A stretch of DNA of 64,000 nt from assembly GCA_016180575.1 (NCBI GenBank), contig JACPAY010000007.1, positions 1,457-65,456 of the forward strand, given 5' to 3'. The stretch is from Candidatus Omnitrophota bacterium. GTDB taxonomy: Bacteria; Omnitrophota; Gorgyraeia; Aquiviventales; Aquiviventaceae. The stretch's first letter is position 1. The number at the start of each line of letters is the position of its first letter. Position numbers and translations under genes: made by a program. This document shows positions 60,232 to 64,000 of the stretch, piece by piece. The notes beneath the pieces were generated by a model, which was given only the letters and a program-made list of their open reading frames with translations, had not been told where the DNA came from and did no database searches.

Positions 60232-60341
60232 AGCAGGGAAAAATCGGGGACAGCCACTAATTAAATAAGAGGGGAACGTAGTCCGCAGGGTGGAAACACC
60301 TGCCGCTTTCAGTTCCGCGCGCGCACCGCCGTAGAGTTGAA

Positions 60342-60370
60342 TTGACACTTGTATATACAAGTGTTACACT
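60342..60370 (+). promoter_or_regulatory. promoter (TTGACA-17 nt-TACACT) with embedded perfect 20-bp palindrome (putative antitoxin operator)
   Basis: TTGACA 60342-60347; palindrome ACACTTGTATATACAAGTGT 60345-60364; TACACT 60365-60370; AGGAGG 60371-60376. Confidence 0.6.
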
Positions 60371-60384
60371 AGGAGGTGCGCGGG

Positions 60385-60648
60385 ATGGAGGGACTCCGGT
60401 GGAATCCCTTAAAGAACGAGTGGCTGCGGATAGCGCGCGGGGCGTCGTTCAGCGATCTGACAGATAATGGCACGTTTCTCGGGACGAGGCATCATCCGAC
60501 GCGTCCGAACCAGCAGATTATGCTGTTTGAATATCAGGGACGGGTCTGGGCCGTGCCGTTTGTCAGAAGCCGGGAGGGGAACTTCCTCAAGACGCTCTAT
60601 CCGAGCAGAAAGTACACCAGGCTGCACAGGCGGGGGGAGCTGATATGA
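60385..60648 (+). CDS. BrnT-like (DUF497) type II toxin
   Basis: Track ORF 60376..60648. ATG 60385 sits 8 nt after AGGAGG. WNPLKNEWLRIARGASFSDL and C-terminal LKTLYPSRKYTRL resemble the BrnT pattern. Confidence 0.6.
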   Translation: MEGLRWNPLKNEWLRIARGASFSDLTDNGTFLGTRHHPTRPNQQIMLFEYQGRVWAVPFVRSREGNFLKTLYPSRKYTRLHRRGELI

Positions 60649-60902
60649 AACTTCGACGGGTGAAGCTGACGAAATATGAGCAAGAGATCGAGCGGTCTCT
60701 CAACAGTATTGAGTGGGTTCCGGGGAGCAAGGCGGAATTTGATGAGATCGCTCGGGCTATCGCCGAGCGCAAGAAAGACGCGGTGCTCAACATCAGGATC
60801 AACCAGGGCGACCTTGAAGAACTGAAAGCCCGGGCGAAGCGCCACGGTGTCAAGTACCAGACGTTCATTGCCGAGGTTCTGCACCGCGTGGCCCACAGTT
60901 GA
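60645..60902 (+). CDS. BrnA-like (CopG/RHH) antitoxin
   Basis: Track ORF; ATGA overlap with the toxin; LNIRINQGDLEELKARAKRHGVKYQTFIAEVLHRVA matches the BrnA-type C-terminal pattern. Confidence 0.65.
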   Translation: MKLRRVKLTKYEQEIERSLNSIEWVPGSKAEFDEIARAIAERKKDAVLNIRINQGDLEELKARAKRHGVKYQTFIAEVLHRVAHS

Positions 60903-60973
60903 CAGGGCGAGGGGCGACCGATAGAATATCGTATGGCTGTTGGACAAGCGCACAGAATAGGGCTTTTCTGCAG

Positions 60974-61005
60974 AGACCACGCGGGGGCGTGGTCTGTGTG
61001 TTTCT
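60974..61005 (+). terminator. possible terminator after the toxin-antitoxin pair
   Basis: AGACCACGC-GGGG-GCGTGGTCT stem-loop followed by GTGTGTTTCT (weak U-tract). Confidence 0.4.
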
Positions 61006-61024
61006 GGGGCTGATGAGGTGACCC

Positions 61025-62205
61025 ATGGCTGAGTGGATCGGTATCGGCAGGCGGGCGAGGCGGTGCTACGGGTTCGATGAGATCGCGCTCGTCCCGGGGA
61101 CGACGACCGTCAATCCGGCCGAGGTGGACGCGAGCTGGGAGATTGACGGCCTGAAGTTCCGCGTCCCCATCATCGCTTCGGCCATGGACGGGGTCGTGGA
61201 CGTGACCTTCGCCATCGCCATGGGCAAGCTGGGGGGACTGGCGGTGCTCAACCTCGACGGGGTGCAGACGTCGAGCAGACGACGGAGATCGTCCAGAAGC
61301 TCTACAAGGTGCCGATCCAGGAGAAGCTCATCGCCAAGCGGGTCGAGCAGATCAAGGCGGCCAAGGTCACGTGTGCGGTGAGCACCATCCCGCAGAACGC
61401 CGAGCGCTTCGGGGCCATCGCCCAGGCGGCCGGCGCAGACCTCTTCGTCGTCCAGTCCACGGTGACGACCGCCAAGCACGTTTCGAAAGCCTACAAGCCG
61501 CTCGATTTCCCCGCCTTCGTCAAGTCCATGAAGATCCCCGTCATCGCGGGCAACGTCGTCACCTATGAGCAGGGCGTCGAGCTGATGGAGACCGGGGTGC
61601 ACGCGCTGCTCGTCGGCGTGGGCCCGGGGGCGGCCTGCACAACCCGCGGGGTCCTGGGCGTGGGGGTGCCGCAGGTGACCGCCACGGTGGACTGCGCCTC
61701 GGCGCGGGACTTCTACTACAAGAAGAGCGGCCGCTACGTCCCCATCATCACGGACGGCGGGATGCGCAACGGCGGCGATGTCTGCAAGGCGTTTGCGTGC
61801 GGCTCGGACGCGGTGATGGTCGGCTCGGCCTTCGCCAAGGCCAAGGAGGCGCCTGGCCGCGGCTACCACTGGGGCATGGCCTACCCGCACTCCTCGCTGC
61901 CGCGCGGCACGCGCATCTTCGTCGGCACCACCGGGACGCTCGAGCAGATCCTCTTCGGCCCGGCCCAGACGGATGACGGCTCGCAGAACCTGATGGGCGC
62001 CATCACGACGTGCATGGGCACGATGGGTGCTGCGGACATCAAGGCGTTCCAGCTTGCCGAGATCATCATCGCCCCCTCCATCCAGACGGAAGGGAAGATC
62101 TTCCAGCAGGTCCAGCGCGTCGGCATGGCGCGCAAGGGCGCCGTGGAGCAGCCGTCGCGCAACCAAGCGGCCAGGCCGAAACCGGCGCGCTCCGCCGCCC
62201 GGTAG
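61025..62205 (+). pseudogene. IMP dehydrogenase-family protein without CBS pair (GuaB3-like), reading frame interrupted near 61262-61300
   Basis: Track ORFs 61025..61381 and 61309..62205 are two halves of one IMPDH-like protein: N-half …IIASAMDGVVDVTFAIAMGKLGGLAVLNLDG, C-half …VGVGPGAACTTR…ITDGGMRNGGD…. The downstream half is shifted by one nt. Confidence 0.7.
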
Positions 62206-62242
62206 CGGGCTCGCTCGTCGCACCTCGCACCTCGGTGACACC

Positions 62243-63793
62243 ATGGACGGCCAGCACGAACTCATCCTCATTGTCGATTATGGGTCGCAGTACACCCAGC
62301 TCATCGCCCGCCGCATCCGCGAAAGCCGCGTCTTCTGCCGCATCGTCCCCCCGCAGGAGCTGACCTCGGCGTTACTCCGCGAAATCCGCCCCAAGGGGCT
62401 CGTGCTGTCCGGCGGCCCGGCCAGCGTCTACCAGCAGGGCGCGCCGCTTCCGCCAGTGGACATCTTCGAGGCGGGCGTGCCGGTGCTTGGCATCTGCTAC
62501 GGGATGCAGGCGATGGCCCACCGGCTCGGCGGCACGGTGAGCCGCGCGGCGAAGCGCGAGTACGGCAAGGCGCCGGTCCGGGTGCGCGAGGCGGACGGCC
62601 TCTTCAAGGACGTCAAGACCGACTCGGTCTCCTGGATGAGCCACGGCGACTCGGTCGTCACGCCCCCGGCGGGGTTCGTCGTGAGCGCAAAGACCACCAA
62701 CACCGTCTCCGCGGCCATCGCCGACCCCAAGCGCCGGCTCTACGGCCTCCAGTTCCACCCCGAGGTCGCCCACACGGAAGAGGGCGGCAAGATCCTCAAG
62801 AACTTCCTCTTCGGCATCTGCGGCTGCGCCGGCGAGTGGACGATGACGTCGTTCATCGACGAAACCATCGAGGCCATCCGCCGGCGGGTCGGCCAGGCGC
62901 ACGTCGTGCTGGGCTTGAGCGGCGGCGTGGACTCCTCGGTCGCCGCGGCCCTGCTGCACCGGGCGATCGCCAAGCAGCTCACCTGCATCTTCGTGGACAA
63001 CGGCCTCCTGCGCCAGGGCGAGCGCTCCCAGGTGGAGGAGACCTTCGGCCGGCACTTCCAGATGGACCTGCGCGTCGTCGATGCGGCCGAGCGGTTCCTG
63101 GCGCGCCTGGCCGGCGTCACCGACCCGGAAGAGAAGCGCAAGCGCATCGGCGAGCAGTTCATCCGGGAGTTCGAGGCCGAAGCCAAGCGGATCCCCCGCG
63201 TGAAGTTCCTGGCCCAGGGCACGCTGTATCCGGACGTCATCGAGAGCGTCTCGGCCTGGGGCGGGCCCTCCGCGACCATCAAGACCCACCACAACGTCGG
63301 CGGCCTGCCCAAGGAGATGCGCCTGTCGCTCGTGGAGCCGCTGCGCGACCTGTTCAAGGACGAGGTCAGGGAAGTCGGCCGGCTCCTCGGCATCCCGGAG
63401 GAGGTGCTCCACCGGCACCCGTTCCCCGGGCCGGGCCTGGCCGTCCGCATCCTGGGCGAGGTCACCGAGGAGCGGCTGCGCATGGTGCGCGAGGCCGACG
63501 CCCGGGTCGAGGAGGAGATCCGCCGCGCCGGGCTCTACCGCAAGCTCTGGCAGGCGTTCGCCGTGCTGCTGCCGGTCAAGACGGTCGGCGTCATGGGGGA
63601 TGAGCGCACCTACGAGCACGTCATCGCGGTGCGGGCGGTGACGAGCCTGGATGCGATGACCGCGGACTGGGCCAAGCTGCCGCCCGAGGCGCTGGAGCGC
63701 ATTGCCAACCGGATCATCAACGAGGTCAAGGGGGTCAACCGGGTGGTCTACGACATCTCGTCGAAGCCGCCCGCGACCATTGAATGGGAGTGA
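62243..63793 (+). CDS. guaA: GMP synthase (glutamine-hydrolysing)
   Basis: In-frame ATG 62243 in track ORF 62027..63793; GATase part ([20 protein letters not shown]…GICYGMQ) and ATP-PPase SGGVDSSV motif. Confidence 0.96.
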   Translation: MDGQHELILIVDYGSQYTQLIARRIRESRVFCRIVPPQELTSALLREIRPKGLVLSGGPASVYQQGAPLPPVDIFEAGVPVLGICYGMQAMAHRLGGTVSRAAKREYGKAPVRVREADGLFKDVKTDSVSWMSHGDSVVTPPAGFVVSAKTTNTVSAAIADPKRRLYGLQFHPEVAHTEEGGKILKNFLFGICGCAGEWTMTSFIDETIEAIRRRVGQAHVVLGLSGGVDSSVAAALLHRAIAKQLTCIFVDNGLLRQGERSQVEETFGRHFQMDLRVVDAAERFLARLAGVTDPEEKRKRIGEQFIREFEAEAKRIPRVKFLAQGTLYPDVIESVSAWGGPSATIKTHHNVGGLPKEMRLSLVEPLRDLFKDEVREVGRLLGIPEEVLHRHPFPGPGLAVRILGEVTEERLRMVREADARVEEEIRRAGLYRKLWQAFAVLLPVKTVGVMGDERTYEHVIAVRAVTSLDAMTADWAKLPPEALERIANRIINEVKGVNRVVYDISSKPPATIEWE

Positions 63794-63796
63794 GCC

Positions 63797-64000
63797 ATGA
63801 CTGATTGGACGGCCGTGCAGGAGCTGCTCGCCAAGGACTACTTCGGCAACACGGTGCAGAGCTACGTGATTGCCGCGGCGACGTTCTGCGCCCTGTTCAT
63901 CGGGCTGCCGATTCTGAAGGCGATTGCCCTGAAGCAGCTCGAAGGGCTCGCCAAGCGCACGCGCGGCGACCTCGATGACCTCGTCGTCGAGCTGACCCGG
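63797..64000 (+). CDS. membrane protein, possibly MscS-family channel (3' end outside window)
   Basis: ATG 63797, open to the window end; N-terminal pattern …DYFGNTVQSYVIAAATFCALFIGLPILK resembles MscS-family N-termini. Confidence 0.35.
   Translation, partial: MTDWTAVQELLAKDYFGNTVQSYVIAAATFCALFIGLPILKAIALKQLEGLAKRTRGDLDDLVVELTR

Noticed and set aside
60283-60303. Small GCAGGGTG-GAAA-CACCTGC hairpin between the groES2 terminator and the toxin-antitoxin promoter
   Set aside because: The stem is imperfect and short, it has no flanking signal, and it is not repeated elsewhere in the window.

Overview
High-GC bacterial chromosome segment, roughly two-thirds G+C by eye. All ~80 genes I can support, including two tRNAs, are on the + strand. 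The many long minus-strand and alternative-frame ORFs in the track look like GC-driven artefacts.

Gene content, in order:
- 1-13.8 kb: distal S10 operon plus the spc and alpha ribosomal-protein operons, rplW through rplQ, including secY-adk-map-infA-rpmJ. There is no room for rpmD.
- 13.9-34 kb: housekeeping genes. Aminotransferases, icd, lipA, a glycolipid cluster (GT28, acyltransferase, truncated GT2), pcm, a TonB-like gene, rpsU, a fused M16 peptidase, a MEMO-like gene, DUF1844, rmuC, an unlisted Trm112-like ORF, aroQ, efp, accBC, a PPi-type pfk, gmhA/hldC, thiE and tRNA-Gly.
- 34-43 kb: NlpD-like, AAA ATPase, HIT and dGTPase genes in one operon; a lipoprotein; a UvrD-type helicase fused to an Fe-S nuclease; an AT-rich island with two orphan small genes; gpsA.
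- 43.8-64 kb: tRNA-Pro; hom-thrC-ApgM-like-lysC-cimA; valS; nadC; uvrB; birA; coaX; a CIRCE-controlled groES-groEL-groES; a BrnT/BrnA-like toxin-antitoxin pair; a frame-interrupted IMPDH-family gene; guaA; the start of a membrane protein.

I found no classical mobile element, CRISPR array or recognisable defence island.

Most unusual signal: a dense population of at least six families of short structured repeats (R1-R6, about 19 copies or fragments).
- Some sit in frame inside intact essential ORFs: valS four times, nadC twice, birA once.
- Others sit exactly on gene junctions, where the repeat itself carries the upstream stop codon and/or the downstream start codon (rplF/rplR, accC/pfk, GT2/pcm, gmhA/hldC, hom/thrC, and both ends of lipA).

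Secondary leads:
- lipA and hldC lack a canonical start codon next to these repeats.
- An ApgM-like gene sits where thrB would be expected.
- groES is duplicated, flanking groEL.
- The toxin-antitoxin promoter contains a perfect 20-bp palindrome.
- Two one-nucleotide frame offsets occur, in the IMPDH-like gene and between the thiE N-domain and thiE.

Limits: all family assignments come from my own reading of the translations and remembered motifs. No searches or folding programs were run. Coordinates of non-ORF features were hand counted and may be off by 1-2 nt.
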